DNA from: Octopus sinensis
Lineage: Eukaryota
Reading direction: 5' to 3'
DNA length: 64,000 nt
Assembly: GCF_006345805.1 (NCBI RefSeq)
Contig: NC_043017.1
Location: 2,480,001-2,544,000, forward strand
Shown: positions 1-12,900 of the stretch, piece by piece
Layout of the letters: each line of letters opens with the position of its first letter
How positions within the stretch are numbered: the stretch's first letter is position 1
The notes under the pieces: generated by a model
Told to the model about the DNA's origin: nothing
Databases searched by the model: none
What the model saw: only the letters and a program-made list of their open reading frames with translations
Translations under genes and position numbers: made by a program

Positions 1-55
1 TCGCATATATATATATATGTGTGATATGTATAGGTATATATAAACAAGTATATAC

Positions 56-88
<33 letters not shown>

Positions 89-622
89 AAGCAAGTATGC
101 GCACACACACATATATATATATATATAAACAAGTACATACGCACACACACATATATAAACAAGCACATATACACACACATATAAAAAAGTACATATACAC
201 ACATAAACAAGTAAATATACACACACATAAATATATAAACAAGTATATACACACACACACACATATATAAACAAGTACATATATACACGCATATATATAT
301 ATGTAATATATATATATGAAAACAAGTATATATATACATATATATATATATATACACACACACAAACAACTATATATTCATATATGAGTATGTGTGTGCA
401 TGTGAAAATATGAATATATATGTACATATATATTTATAAACAAGTATATATGGATATGTGTGTGTGTGTGTATTCGCAGATAAATGTAGGTATGTAATCT
501 GCATACATGTGCGTATACATTTCTATAAAGGTACATACCTGTGTATATATATATATATATATATAGTATACATGTACATATTCTAGCGTAAATGTATGTA
601 TATATATGATTGATATAATTTG

Positions 623-722
623 NNNNNNNNNNNNNNNNNNNNNNNNNNNNNNNNNNNNNNNNNNNNNNNNNNNNNNNNNNNNNNNNNNNNNNNNNNNNNN
701 NNNNNNNNNNNNNNNNNNNNNN
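623..722. other. Assembly gap (100 N)
   Basis: Run of exactly 100 N, a usual placeholder for a gap of unknown size. Confidence 1.
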
Positions 723-1035
723 AAATAAACATCTACATTCTTTGAAATTTTATAGATTCCCAATTACGATTCACGTTTATGTTTTCCTACCATTATTTTA
801 AACTTCATATTACATTTCGCTATATCTAACGTTTGATATATAACTTGCAATTTATTTTATCTGTAACATATAGCTTCTCACATATCTCTCAGGTATTTTA
901 TTCATATTCGCGACGTCTAGTATTCGGTTAAAAAATATTTTTGCGAGATATTTCTGTAATTGTTTGCTTTCAAGTTATTTCTACTCGTTATGCATACTTC
1001 ATATTTAAACAACTCTTTAACCAATTTTTTTTTCA

Positions 1036-1074
<39 letters not shown>

Positions 1075-1075
<1 letters not shown>

Positions 1076-1457
1076 TCTTGTACTTTGTTTCAGTCATTTG
1101 ACTGTGGCTATGCTGGAGCGCCGCCTTTAGTCGAACAAATAGACCCCATGACTTATTCTTTGTAAGCTTAGTACTTATTCTATCGGTCGCTTTTGCCGAA
1201 CCGCTAAGTTACAGGGACGTAAACACACCAGCATCGGTTGGTGAGACAAACGGGTACACAAACACACGCAGACACACATATATATACATATATACGACGG
1301 GCTTCTTTCAGTTTCCGTCTACCAAATCCACTCACAAGGCTTTGGTCGGCCTGAGGCTATAGTAGAAGACACTTGCCCAAGGTGTCACGCAGTGGGACTG
1401 AACCCGGAACCATGTGGTTGGGAAGTAAGCTACTTACCACACAGCCACTCCTATGCC
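1075..1457 (-). mobile_element. tRNA-derived SINE family A, full length
   Basis: Head GGCGCAGGAGTGGCTGTGTGGT (A box), GGTTCAGTCCC (B box), internal (CA/TA)n linker, 3' CAGTC-AAAT-GACTG stem-loop. Confidence 0.85.
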
Positions 1458-1508
1458 TGCAAGACTTTTTATGCGAAAACGCGTGTTTAAACAGATATTG
1501 TTAGACGT

Positions 1509-1676
1509 TAGGGATGACCATACTTTGCCATTTGAACACGCACTGTTTATCTGAATTTCACTTAGTTTTATTATTAATTTTTGACAGTATGTCTGTCAAA
1601 AACGAGGATAAAAAAACTGAAGTGAAGACCAGAAAAACAGTGCGTGTGTTTAATTGGCAAATCATGACCGTCCCCG
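1509..1676. mobile_element. Small palindromic MITE
   Basis: Inverted ends gggatgaccatactttgccatttgaacacgcactgttt / aaacagtgcgtgtgtttaattggcaaatcatgaccgtccc, with internal hairpin ttttgacag-tatgt-ctgtcaaaa. Confidence 0.55.
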
Positions 1677-1940
1677 AGTATAACAATGTGTGTATGTATC
1701 ACTCGTGGACGTTGAAGATAAGGTTAAAGAAAATGTGCAGTGCGTTGAAGTATGCGATTATATACTTGTGTGTTTGTGTGTGTGTGTGTTTGTATGTATG
1801 ACCTACCTTAAGAATATTTAACAGAAGTGTGATACTAGCAAAAATATATTAACTGTTTTCAATAGTGACATTGAAACTGATCAATATAATGAGATTAAAG
1901 GCAGATCAAGATAATTGTAACAGCTTGTCAAAATTTGCTG

Positions 1941-1985
<45 letters not shown>

Positions 1986-2224
1986 GATCACACACACATG
2001 TATGTGTGTATAATATATATGTATATTATTTATATATATATATATATATATATATGCATATAGTCTTCTCTATATATACATACACATACACATCTATACA
2101 TTATATATATTCGTATATACACACCCCTGTATACATACATTGTATATATATATATACACACACACACACAGCCTTGCATATATATAGGCATACACACACA
2201 CATCCAATGTTTCCACAAAGTTAT

Positions 2225-2690
2225 CGTTCACTGAATTCCTCTACCAACGGAATTCCATCAATCAAAGCCGAGGTTGCGAGATTGCTGCAAAATACCCCTG
2301 TACTCTATACACGGTACCCTATTTTGTTTTCAAATCTAGAAACGTGGTTGCGTAACTATCTTCTTAACCATTTCTATATCTGTGCCAATAATATTTCTTC
2401 GAAATGCCCCCCACGTGGGCCTAATCCATGTACAGTGGTTTGCGGTTACGTGGGTGAAGCCGGCACTTGTTGATTCATTCAGGCCCTACTCACTCCTTTT
2501 ACTGATTGTTATCAGCAAATTTACTGACATAGGGACTTTCTCTCACCACGTTCAGTTCCCACCTAAAGTTGAACTTTAAAAATTTGAATGAGGACGTGAT
2601 TGAAGAGGGAAATCTCCTTCCTCGATCCTCTTGTCTTCTTCACAATAGCTTTCGTTATGGTCAGCAGCCAAAATTTCCTGCCCTCTGATT
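2225..2690 (-). mobile_element. Decayed CR1-like LINE reverse transcriptase fragment
   Basis: Frameshifted minus-strand reading gives VSKFADN (cf. CR1 SKFADD), NKCRLHPRNRKPLYM (cf. KC.V.H.G..N..Y.M) and downstream segments in the expected order; many stops. Confidence 0.55.
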
Positions 2691-2707
2691 AAAAAGAGAA
2701 AAATAAA

Positions 2708-3080
2708 GGCGCGGGAGTGGCTGTGTGGTAAGTAGCTTGCTTACCAGCCACATGGTTTCGGGTTCAGTCCCACTGCGTGACATTTTGGCCAAGTGTCTTC
2801 TACTATAGCCTCGGGCCGACCAAAGTCTTGTGAGTAGATTTGGTAGACGGAAACTGAAAGAAGCCCGTTGTATATATGCATATGCATGTGTGTGTGTGTG
2901 TGTGTGTGTGTGTCACTGTTTGTCCCCACCAACATCGCTTGACAACCGATGCTGGTGTGTTTATGTCCCCGTAACTTAGCGGTTCGGCAAAAGAAACCAA
3001 TAGAATAAGTACTAGGCTTACAAAGAATGTCCTGGGGTCGATTTGCTCGACTAAAGGCGGTGCTCCAGCATGGCCACAGT
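2708..3080 (+). mobile_element. SINE family A
   Basis: Same consensus; inverted relative to 1075-1457. Confidence 0.85.
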
Positions 3081-3134
3081 CTTAGTATTCATCTTTTCCT
3101 AGCTAATGATGATAATTTTTTTACTTTATATTTC

Positions 3135-3446
3135 TGCGCCCTTTTCAAGCCTAGCCAGGCTCATGGGCCCCGGTTTCCCGGTTTCTATGGCGTATGTGTC
3201 ACCCCCTCCCCAGCTGGACGGGACGCCAGTCCATCGCAGCGTTACTCAAGAAACAGGAAGAAAGAGTGAGAGAAATTTGGGGCGAAAGAGTACAGCAGGG
3301 GCTCGCCACCACCACCCCCTGCGGGAGCTTCGTGGAGCTTTAGGTATCTTCGCTCAATAGACACACACAACGCCCGGTCTGGGAATCGAAACCGCGATCC
3401 TCCGACTGCGAGTCCGCTGCCCTAACCACTGGGCCATTGCGCCTCC
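3135..3446 (-). mobile_element. tRNA-derived SINE family C, tail type 1
   Basis: Head GGAGGCGCAATGGCCCAGTGGTTAGGGCAGCGGACTCGC..., B box GGTTTCGATTCCC; taatgatgataat on both flanks (possible TSD). Confidence 0.85.
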
Positions 3447-3849
3447 ATAATAATGATGATAATAGAAAAGAAAAAAAAGCAAGTCAGCATATCAGACGGC
3501 AGTTGACGGCAATGTGAGAGAAAGTTTAACGGAATAACACAAATTGAGGTTTTACAGTTGCTTACAGTTGTGAAGTAAATAAACGAACGCAAGTCTATAA
3601 TCTATTTAGAACTAAGCTCACGTTTTTATTAGGGTTAAAAGTGGTAGGTTTTTATTTAATGTAATGACAGAGCAAATCTCCTGATTAACTTCATTTCGCT
3701 CTCCCCACCCCCAACCTCTTCCCCCCCTTTCTCTCTCTCTTATCTTTTCGCTGTTTATTTTTTTTCTTTTCCATTTGTTTTCTGCTGATGATTATAACGT
3801 ATAATATACTTACTTGTCGCCTACAGGCATACACACATAAATACATACG

Positions 3850-4260
<411 letters not shown>

Positions 4261-4973
4261 ACGTATCAACATATACAAACGCACGTACGTTTATATGTGT
4301 GGATAGATAGATAGATAGATAGATACGTATATACATATATAAAAGGCTACACACACACACGCACATATACGCACGCACCCTCCTTTAATGATACGTTTTC
4401 ATCACTTAAGGGTGTAATTTAAATACACCCTTAAATTTCTTCTCCCGCCACATCCAGACATCTCAGCGCCCATTTTACAATTAATGAAATAAAATCGTCA
4501 TGAGCCCGGCCTCTTTCTATCTTCCTTCCAGATTTGCTTTATTTTCCTTCTTCTTCTCCTTCTTCAGCCGTTTACTCATTCGTTCGTTTGTTTGTTTTTT
4601 ACCAGCGGTCACTCAGTAAAACGGATTTGGTTAAAGAGATAACGATGAGGTCATTGAGTAGAATGGATTATTTTAATTTACGATACAGCGGTCATTGCGT
4701 TGTAATGGATTTACAATGAAACCGCTTAGCAGTTAGACGCTTGAATATTTTTAATAGTGGTGGCCACCATTCATACATAGGCTACGTGCAATATCCTTAT
4801 GTTCTTGTTGCTGTTTGTAGTGTCGTTGCTTTTTCTAATTAACCCCAGGGTGTTCCAGTGGGGAGCACACCCCTGTTGAAAATGTTCCATCCGTGACTTT
4901 TCATATTCTAGACAATATTCTTTCTTCTACAGTCAGTTATGTAACTGATCATACAGAATACAAAGAAATTGAG

Positions 4974-5138
4974 GCCCAGGCAGCGTGGCGGTGCGGTTAG
5001 AAGCTTGCTTCACCACCGGATGGTTCCAGGCTCAGTCCCACTGCGAGGCACCTTGGGCAATTATCTTCCGTTATAGCCTCGGGCCAACCACAGCCTTGTG
5101 AGTGGATTTGGTAGCCGGAAACTGAAAGGAGTCTTTCG
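4974..5138 (+). mobile_element. SINE family A, 5' half
   Basis: Degenerate head and body. Confidence 0.7.
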
Positions 5139-5740
5139 TGTATATATATATATATCAGAAATATTAAATTTCTAAATCTCTCTTAGAGATACGTACGGTG
5201 GTGGGGCGATAGAATGGTTGTATACTGTCAATCTAACACGAACGTGACAGTAGGGGGGTTACACCACCGCTGTTTAGCCCTTCCTGATGGCTTCGACACA
5301 TTATTTCCTGTGTCCTTATATACATTTACAAAGACCCCCATATATATATATATATATATATATATTCTTTTACTTGTTTCAGTCATTTGACTGCAGCCAT
5401 GCTGGAGCACCGCCTTTAGTCGAACAATGAATGCGAATAAAAATGCAAATTGAGTGAGTGGAACAGGTAAAGTCTAGGCTACATATATTTCGCAGCAAGC
5501 AGATTTTCTAATGTAAAACCTACTCAACGAAAGGGACTCAGCTATCTATTCATCAGACAGAAGATATCTTAATTGCTTGAACGTTACTTTGCCATAGAGC
5601 TTATATGCCCCAGTATTTTCCTTAGTCAATGCATGGTGATCGCTTATAAGCCTTCACCTTATAAAATATGATTATCATTATTATTTACAAAAGTGTAAAA
5701 TCAGCACCCCTTACCAAATAATCACAGCAAAAAAATATAC

Positions 5741-6090
5741 GTGTGTGAGATAAGAAGCTTGCTCCCCAACCACATGGTTCTGGATTCAGTCTCACTGCGT
5801 CGCACCTTTGCCAACTGTCTTCTACAATAGCCTCGGGCCGACCAAATTCTTGTGAGTGGATTTGGTTGATGGAAACTGAAAGAAGCTCGTCGTATATCTA
5901 TATACATATTATGTATCTGTGCTCGACAACCGATTAATTTGGTGTGTTTACGCCACCGTGACTTAGCGGTTCGGCAAAAGAGACTTGAATAGAGTAGGTA
6001 CTAGGCTTACAAAGAATAAGTCCTGGGGTCGATTTGTATGATTAAAGGCGGTGCTCCAGCCTGTCCGCAGCCAAATGACTGAAACAAGTA
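5741..6090 (+). mobile_element. SINE family A
   Basis: Matches consensus through the 3' stem-loop. Confidence 0.8.
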
Positions 6091-6734
6091 TATATATATA
6101 TATATATATATATATTACTTCGAAATTGATACGAGTGCTGACTACTTATGCAGATTGCCTAATTACTAGATTATAATTATACGGTGTATGTTTTGAAACC
6201 TGTTCTAATATTATAAATAAGTATGTTAGTAAGGCGTACAATAAAAAAGAAATCGCGACTTCTCATGGCCACAGATTATAAACTTCATCTTGTCATCACA
6301 TGATGCTTTGTGTTGGAAGTGAATTAATATGAAGAGTGTATATGCTACTAAATATCTGAAAAATATGTTCCCTAATAATATTAGCGCCGTTAATAATTAA
6401 ATGCTTAGGAAAGATTCATTAAGGCATCATAATTATAGGTATGTTTTCTGGAGATATAAACTGAATATGATTACAGAACAGTCTTTAAGTGCCGATTAAA
6501 GGTGGGTGTTGAGATGGAGGGTGTACGTCTCAGAAAACTGGGATTTTAATCAGGTTATGCAGATGTACATGCTTGTTTTGTAGGACGGTTTCAGATTTTG
6601 AAAAGCAAAAATTGGGGTAAGAGAAAAATTGGTTAAAGGGATTAGTCAGGGTATGAGTTCAAGTGCATTTCCCCCTCTCTCTCTCTCATATATATATATA
6701 TATAAGGAGGCGGTCAAATTTTGGATAATTATTT

Positions 6735-6770
6735 ATTTAGCGCTTTCGTCTCGTATCAGATTCATCAGGA
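6735..6770 (-). ncRNA. Decayed hammerhead-like motif with canonical CUGAUGA core
   Basis: Minus strand reads CTGATGA-ATCTGATACGAGAC-GAA-AGCGCT-A; palindromic stem III, imperfect stem II, no clear stem I. Confidence 0.35.
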
Positions 6771-6833
6771 GACCTCATAAATCCCGTAAACCTATAACTT
6801 AATTTATAAAATTTGTACACCACTTAAAGCAAG

Positions 6834-6871
<38 letters not shown>

Positions 6872-7354
6872 CACACACACACACAAACATACAGGTTTAT
6901 ACTTCAGCAGGGGAGATTATCACAAGAAACAAGGATTTTTTCGTTGGCATCCCTGGTATGACACTAACGAAAAAACAAGCTCATTGTCAGGGGATGAGTG
7001 AACAAGCATTGGAAACCGGTGTTGGTGTGTTTACGATCCTATAAATTAGCGGTTCGGCAAAAGTGACCGATAGAATAAGTACCAGGATTTAAAAGTAAAA
7101 TAATTACTGTGAGTAATCTACGTATCTCACGTGATGGTTGAAGGTGAGATTGAAGAAACGTTTTCAAACGAAACTCTGGCACTAAGAGCAATTCCTGTTC
7201 GGATATCATCGAGTGTGCATGTAAGTATGTGGGTATAAGCGCGCACGTATATATATATATAAAGTTAATCCAAACAAGAAAGCACAACAAAAACACAACA
7301 ACGCGAGGACGTGGAACAAATATAGTATTATTGGACGCTCAGGAAAGAAGGAGG

Positions 7355-7389
7355 GTTTAACGTTTCGAGCAGAGCTCTTCCTCGGAAAC
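7355..7389 (-). ncRNA. Minimal hammerhead-like motif in a Penelope-like repeat (about 7320-7440)
   Basis: Minus strand reads GTTT-CCGAGGA-A-GAGC[TCT]GCTC-GAA-ACGT-T-AAAC; palindromic ACGT stem III as in minimal Penelope-type hammerheads; U4C core. Confidence 0.5.
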
Positions 7390-7476
7390 ATAGGAGAAGG
7401 AAAGATCCAGAGAAGGGAAGACAGAGGGAAAAAATCGCCAACGGTAAACACGCGATATATATATATATATATATAT

Positions 7477-7690
7477 GCGGTGAGCAGGCAGAAACGTTAA
7501 CACGCCGAGTGAAATACTTAGCAGTATTTCGCCTGGCGCTACGTTCCGAGTTCAAATTCCGCCGAGGTCGACTTTGCCTTTCATCCTTTCGGGGTCGATA
7601 AATTAAGTACCAGTTGCGTACTAGTGTCGATCTAATCGACTAGCCCCCTCCCACAACTTTTCAGGTCTTGTGCCTAGAGTAGAAAAGAAT
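7477..7690 (+). mobile_element. tRNA-derived SINE family B
   Basis: GGCGGTGAGCTGGCAGAA head, GAGTTCAAATTCC B box, body ccgaggtcgactttgcctttcatcctttcggggtcgataaa. Confidence 0.85.
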
Positions 7691-8078
7691 ATTTTGTTCG
7701 TATATCGACTCACAAGTTTGCCTATGTAGATATGATCAGTCACATACATACATAAAAGTACTTACGGAATTACACGTAAAGGTATACACAGAAATAGATA
7801 TAATTATGAACGTGAATTATTCTGTCTATACTCCGATCTATATTTGCATACGTGGGTTTGTATACATGTGTGTACGTGTGTTTTTGAGGGTGTTTATAGC
7901 TGATTAGACATGAAAAAAAGAAAAACTAAAAGACAGCATTAAATCTCTAATTAATCTGTGATAATCTCGGATTATTAGTCATATTTATAATTAATCTCTC
8001 AACATTACGTATCATGAGGGAAGAAAACAAAAACAAACAATATTAATAATAATTATTATCATCATCATTTTAATTACG

Positions 8079-8117
<39 letters not shown>

Positions 8118-8659
8118 TCATTAGTTATGGTAATCTTTTCTGTATTAATGTTTATTGATTTACGAAAGAACTAAGATATATTTTTACAGAGAAATATAAT
8201 TTCCTGACGTTCATGCAGCATATATATATACATACATACGCATATGTACACACACAGAAAGAGAGAGGGAAGAAGAAAAGAGATTAAATAATCCAGGTAA
8301 ATATCAATAAAGCACTCATTTTTTAATGAATTTTGTTTAATTTACTAATATACAAATATATACGTAAAAGATGTACATGAGTGCTCAGAACCGTATTGAT
8401 GGTAATGATTTCTTTATTTGTTAATTGAGGCTACCATTGGTTTCATGCTAAGGAAAGTATCCAATTGTCATATGTTCATACAGAATATGACACGCGTTGT
8501 TTGGTTTTAGTACAACGTACGAAACTAAAGATTAAAATTAATATTGAAAATAGAAATACTATATTTCTTAATCTCTCAGAGAGATTTATACTGTAGCAGC
8601 ACGATAAAGTGATAGCATGTTGTCAACTTAATGTGACAGTCCCATGAAAAGGAAGAATG

Positions 8660-9250
8660 CTACTGTTATATAGCCCTAGGAAAAACCGTTTCCTGTTGGA
8701 CACTGGTATCGATGTAATCGGGTTTACCCTTACCTCGAAATTGCGGGCCTCGTACAAAAAAAATAAGAGAAAATGAAAGGTAGCAAGCTGCAGAATCGTA
8801 AGTACACCGGGTGACATGCATAGCCGTATTTCGTCTATCCTCATGTTCTGAGTTCAAATGCTGCCGAGGTCGACTTTGCCTTACACCCTTTCGGAAGTCG
8901 ATAAATTCAGTACCAGTCATGTACTGAGGTCGATGTAATCGACTTGCCCCTTCCCCAAAAATTTCAGGCCTTGAACCTATAGTAAAAAGGCTTATTATCA
9001 TTATTATTATTATTATGTAGTAGCAGCAGCAGCAATAGTAAGGCGGCGAGATGGCAGAATCGTTAGCACGCCGGGCGAAATATTCATCAGCATTTCGCCC
9101 CTCATTACATTCTGAGTTCGAATACCGCCAAGGTCGACATTGCCTTTCATCCTTTCGGGGTCGATAAAATAAATGCCAGTTGAACACTGGGGTCGATGCA
9201 ATCGACTCATCTCCTCCCACAAATTGTTGCCCTTGTGGCAAAATTTGAAA
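8660..9250 (+). mobile_element. Cluster of SINE family B copies (8660-8760 partial, 8779-8990, 9042-9250)
   Basis: Repeated family-B body. Confidence 0.8.
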
Positions 9251-10165
9251 CAATCATGTAGTAGTAGTAGTAGTAGTAGTAAGTGCGCTTGATTAATTGC
9301 AGTCATTTGATCATTGGCTTAAATAACTTGTTCCCAACTCGCTCGGTTTCCCTTTGACTCCGATCCCACCTTGCCGAGATCGAAAAACAAACAATAGCCC
9401 TTACAGGTCAAATGTTAAGCGTCATTAATATCATTATCGCCAACTCTAACATCGCCACTGATCCCGTAGGCGTGGTGGTCATCAGGCATGACATCAACAT
9501 TATCATCTTGTCATCGCTAGCATCAAAACCATCACTTTCCCCATCGTCATCATCATCTGCCATCCCTATCATTATCACCAACATCGTCATCAAATTTAAT
9601 AAGCTGTTTTTCCAATGAGTCAAGATTCAGCCACGAAACACTCGTCTCTAACGCCTATTAACTGGTAAATGCTGGTGGAAGGCAGGGAGGGATAAGCAAA
9701 TTGCCGAAGAGAGGTGCGGACGGCTAATTACCTTTAGATCCTTTGAATTAGCAGCTGCCAAATTACTTTAAAGTTATTTATTCTCGTCCGTCATCAACCT
9801 GACAGCTGATTGATTCGGTTTGCTAGGATTCCTACTACTACTACTGCTGTTATTGTTGTTCGTAATGATGATGATGATGTTTACGTAGCTATTGAAGTTT
9901 CTAAGTCCTCACGCATACACAATATAAATATGTACATATATGGTTGGGGATACATACATGCATTCATATATAAACACATATGCATGTATAAATACACACA
10001 TACACACTCGTCTGTCTGTGTGTGTGTGCGTGTATTAAAATTATACAAATACGGGTATCTAAGATTATTTATACTTCTAATTATTATAACCTGTAAGGTT
10101 TTTTTTCTTCCCATGCTGCCACTAGATTTGATCGCTATTTAAAATAACGATCTTCTCCTTATTTA

Positions 10166-10563
10166 TATATTATTCAAAGGAATTCCAACTCTGTTTTATT
10201 TATATTCTTTATAATATTAATGTAGAAGATAGAATATATAGTATAAATAATATATATATATATATAGTAAAATGAAATGAAGTATTGATTGTCTTATTGA
10301 ATAGATGAAATATTGAATATCAAATATTAAGGGACTAGTATACTTTCTTGCATTTAAGCAGTCTTCAAGGTCCCAGGTTGTGACAGGAATGTTCCAACTG
10401 TGAAACATTCCCTTAATATTTGTTATTCAATATTTCATCTATTCAATATTTCATCCTTCATTTCATTTTATTATTTATACTATATATTCTATATCCTACA
10501 TTAATATTATAAGAATATAAATTAAACGTTAAAAACAGAGTTGGAATTCCTTTGAATAATATA
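10166..10563. repeat. Long foldback inverted repeat (arms about 10166-10334 and 10409-10563)
   Basis: Arms are near-exact reverse complements, e.g. tatattattcaaaggaattccaactctgtttt / aaaacagagttggaattcctttgaataatata; 74-bp spacer. Confidence 0.9.
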
Positions 10564-10777
10564 TTCCTCTATACACAATCATACAAACACCTTATATATA
10601 TATAATAAATGTATGTATATTTTTTCAATGTGTACGAATAACAAGGAAAAAATAAATAAATAGTTACCAGGGTAGCAAAAATTCACACAAGTGCCAAAGA
10701 TATTACAGCCTACTTCAAAGGTAGAAATTCCAGGGTTCAATGATTTGAATAACACCTGTCTTTGACTTCATTTATCC

Positions 10778-10810
<33 letters not shown>

Positions 10811-10919
10811 AGGGGAGAGAGCGTGTGTGTGTAACATCGTGTTTGTAATTTCTATTTAATTTAATTTCTTTTTATTAATTGGTAATATTTATCCCCACTT
10901 AAACGTGGATGTTCTTTTG

Positions 10920-11125
10920 TAGACACAAAGCCCGAAATTTTTGGGGAGTGGAGGTCAGTCGATTACATCAACCCCCAGTACGCAACTGGTACTTAATTTA
11001 TCGACCCCAAGAAGGATGAAAGGCAAAGTTGACCTCGGCGGAATTTGAACTCAGAAAGTAAAGGCAGACGAAATACCACCAAGCATTTCACCCGGCGTGC
11101 TACCGTTACTGCCAGAGCGCCGCCT
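10920..11125 (-). mobile_element. SINE family B
   Basis: Reverse complement of family-B consensus. Confidence 0.8.
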
Positions 11126-11470
11126 TTAAACCCGGATGGTCTGTTGGAACAAACTAATTACGGTAGTTACAATGAGAGAAACCCTCGTATTGGATTTTTG
11201 GTGCAAAACGCACTCTTTTATTAATATCATTAAAAGCTGATCAGTTTTCTATGCACACGATTTTGTTTAGTACGGTTTCACCCTGAATTGATCTACCATG
11301 CAAGTAATGGCACGGTATAATATATATATCGGAGTGGCAGGGTTTTGAGTGTATTCAGGTTTATGTACATACAAGAATATATATATCATATATATAATAA
11401 CTTAGAAAGGTTTTGGCCAGTATTGGCCCAGACCATGTCTAACTTAACAGCACCACCTGGCGCTATATAT

Positions 11471-11849
11471 ACTTTTATTTGTTTGTCATTTGAATGTGGC
11501 CATGCTGGAGCACCGTCTTTCGTCAAGCAAATCGACCCCAGGAATTATTCTTTGTAAGCCTTGTACTTATTCTGTCGGTCTCTTTTGCCGAACTGCTAGG
11601 TGACTGGGACGTAAACACGCCAACAACGGTTGTCAAGCGCTGGTGGGGGAACAAACACAGACGCACATATATATACATATATACACGACAGGCTTCTTTC
11701 AGTTTCTGTCTACCAAATCCACTCACAAGGCTTTGGTCAGCCCAAGGCTATTGTAGAAGACACTTTCCCAAGGTGTCACGCAGTGGGACTGAACCCGGAA
11801 CCATGTGGTTGGTAAGCAAGCTACTTATCTCACAACCACTCCCTGCGCC
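11471..11849 (-). mobile_element. SINE family A
   Basis: Full-length match to consensus. Confidence 0.85.
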
Positions 11850-11916
11850 GAAAAACTTCGAAGTCACTATCAATAATATTATTGTTTAACAACAATATAT
11901 ACAAATGTATGCGTGT

Positions 11917-11947
<31 letters not shown>

Positions 11948-11999
11948 CAAACAAATGTGGGAGATAAATGACTGAACTTTAGTATTTCCTTAAACAGAA

Positions 12000-12340
12000 C
12001 AACTGATTTTTGTTCCCTTGATTAAACAACTTAAGTTTGTTCTGTTAATCTTGTCTGACTCTGCTAGAGACAATAAATATTTCTCTGTCGAGCGAATACA
12101 ACTTAATGTTGGTATCTTATGCATTTCGACTGGTGCCGTTACAGCGACTTGTAAAATCTTGTCGTTCCCAAAACGTGCCTCGACGAAGATTTCTTCTCGT
12201 TGACTGCACCAAAAATCAATTGGCTATGTTTGGATAACTGGAAAATATATCCAAACTATCAATTTCACTCGACCGTTGTCGGAATTCTTTTAGTTAATGA
12301 ACAATGAAAATTCATTTGAACGTTTTGGATATTGACCAAT
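12000..12340 (-). mobile_element. Possible hAT transposase C-terminal (dimerisation domain) remnant
   Basis: PIDFW...KILQVAVTAPVE resembles the hAT P..FW...K.L.VP.TSA..ER motif; weak. Confidence 0.25.
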
Positions 12341-12365
12341 ATATTTATAGTAAAGGGTCAGATGT

Positions 12366-12441
12366 TGTGCAGTCATTACCGTAGAGTGAAGAATTTCCTT
12401 TCATTGTGACAAGGTCCCCGGTTCGATCACGAATTGCAGCA
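12366..12441 (+). pseudogene. Degenerate tRNA-like sequence (possible tRNA-His GTG pseudogene)
   Basis: About 75 nt with B-box GGTTCGATC, TTGTGAC anticodon-loop-like heptamer, gtgcagt...attgcagca acceptor-like ends and downstream T runs; D and anticodon stems are broken. Confidence 0.3.
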
Positions 12442-12506
12442 TTTTGTATGTTTTTTTTTTCAGTTGTAATCTTAACGTTTTTCAAGTAGAATTAACAGAA
12501 TTAACA

Positions 12507-12647
12507 GGCGCAGGAGTGGCTGTGTGGTAAGTAGCTTGCTTATCAACCACATGGTTCTGAGTTCAGTCCCACTGCGTGGCACCTTGGGCCGTCCAAAGCC
12601 TTGAGTGAATTTGGTAGACGGAAACTGAAAGAAGCCCATTGTGTATG

Positions 12648-12678
<31 letters not shown>

Positions 12679-12900
12679 TATATATGCATATGTTTGTGTG
12701 TCTGTGTATGTCCCCCCCCCAACATCGCTTGACAACCGATGCTGGTGTGTTTACGTCTCAGTCATCTAGCGGTTCGGCAAAAGAGACCGATAGAATAAGT
12801 ACTAGGCTTACAAAGAATAAGTCCTGGGATCGATTTGCTCGACTAAAAAGCAGTGCTCCAGCATGGCCACCGTCAAATTACTGAAACAAGTAAAAGAGTA
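12507..12900 (+). mobile_element. SINE family A
   Basis: Full-length match, ending about 220 bp from the LMO4 donor. Confidence 0.85.

Noticed and set aside
2576-2684. Apparent alternative terminal exon (ttctctttttaatcag|A GGG CAG...TAA) that would splice in frame to LMO4 LIM1 and add GQEILAADHNESYCEED...
   Set aside because: It lies within the decayed CR1-like RT fragment, and the pyrimidine tract is the A-rich flank of a SINE; phase match is a 1-in-3 coincidence. Revisit only if junction reads exist.
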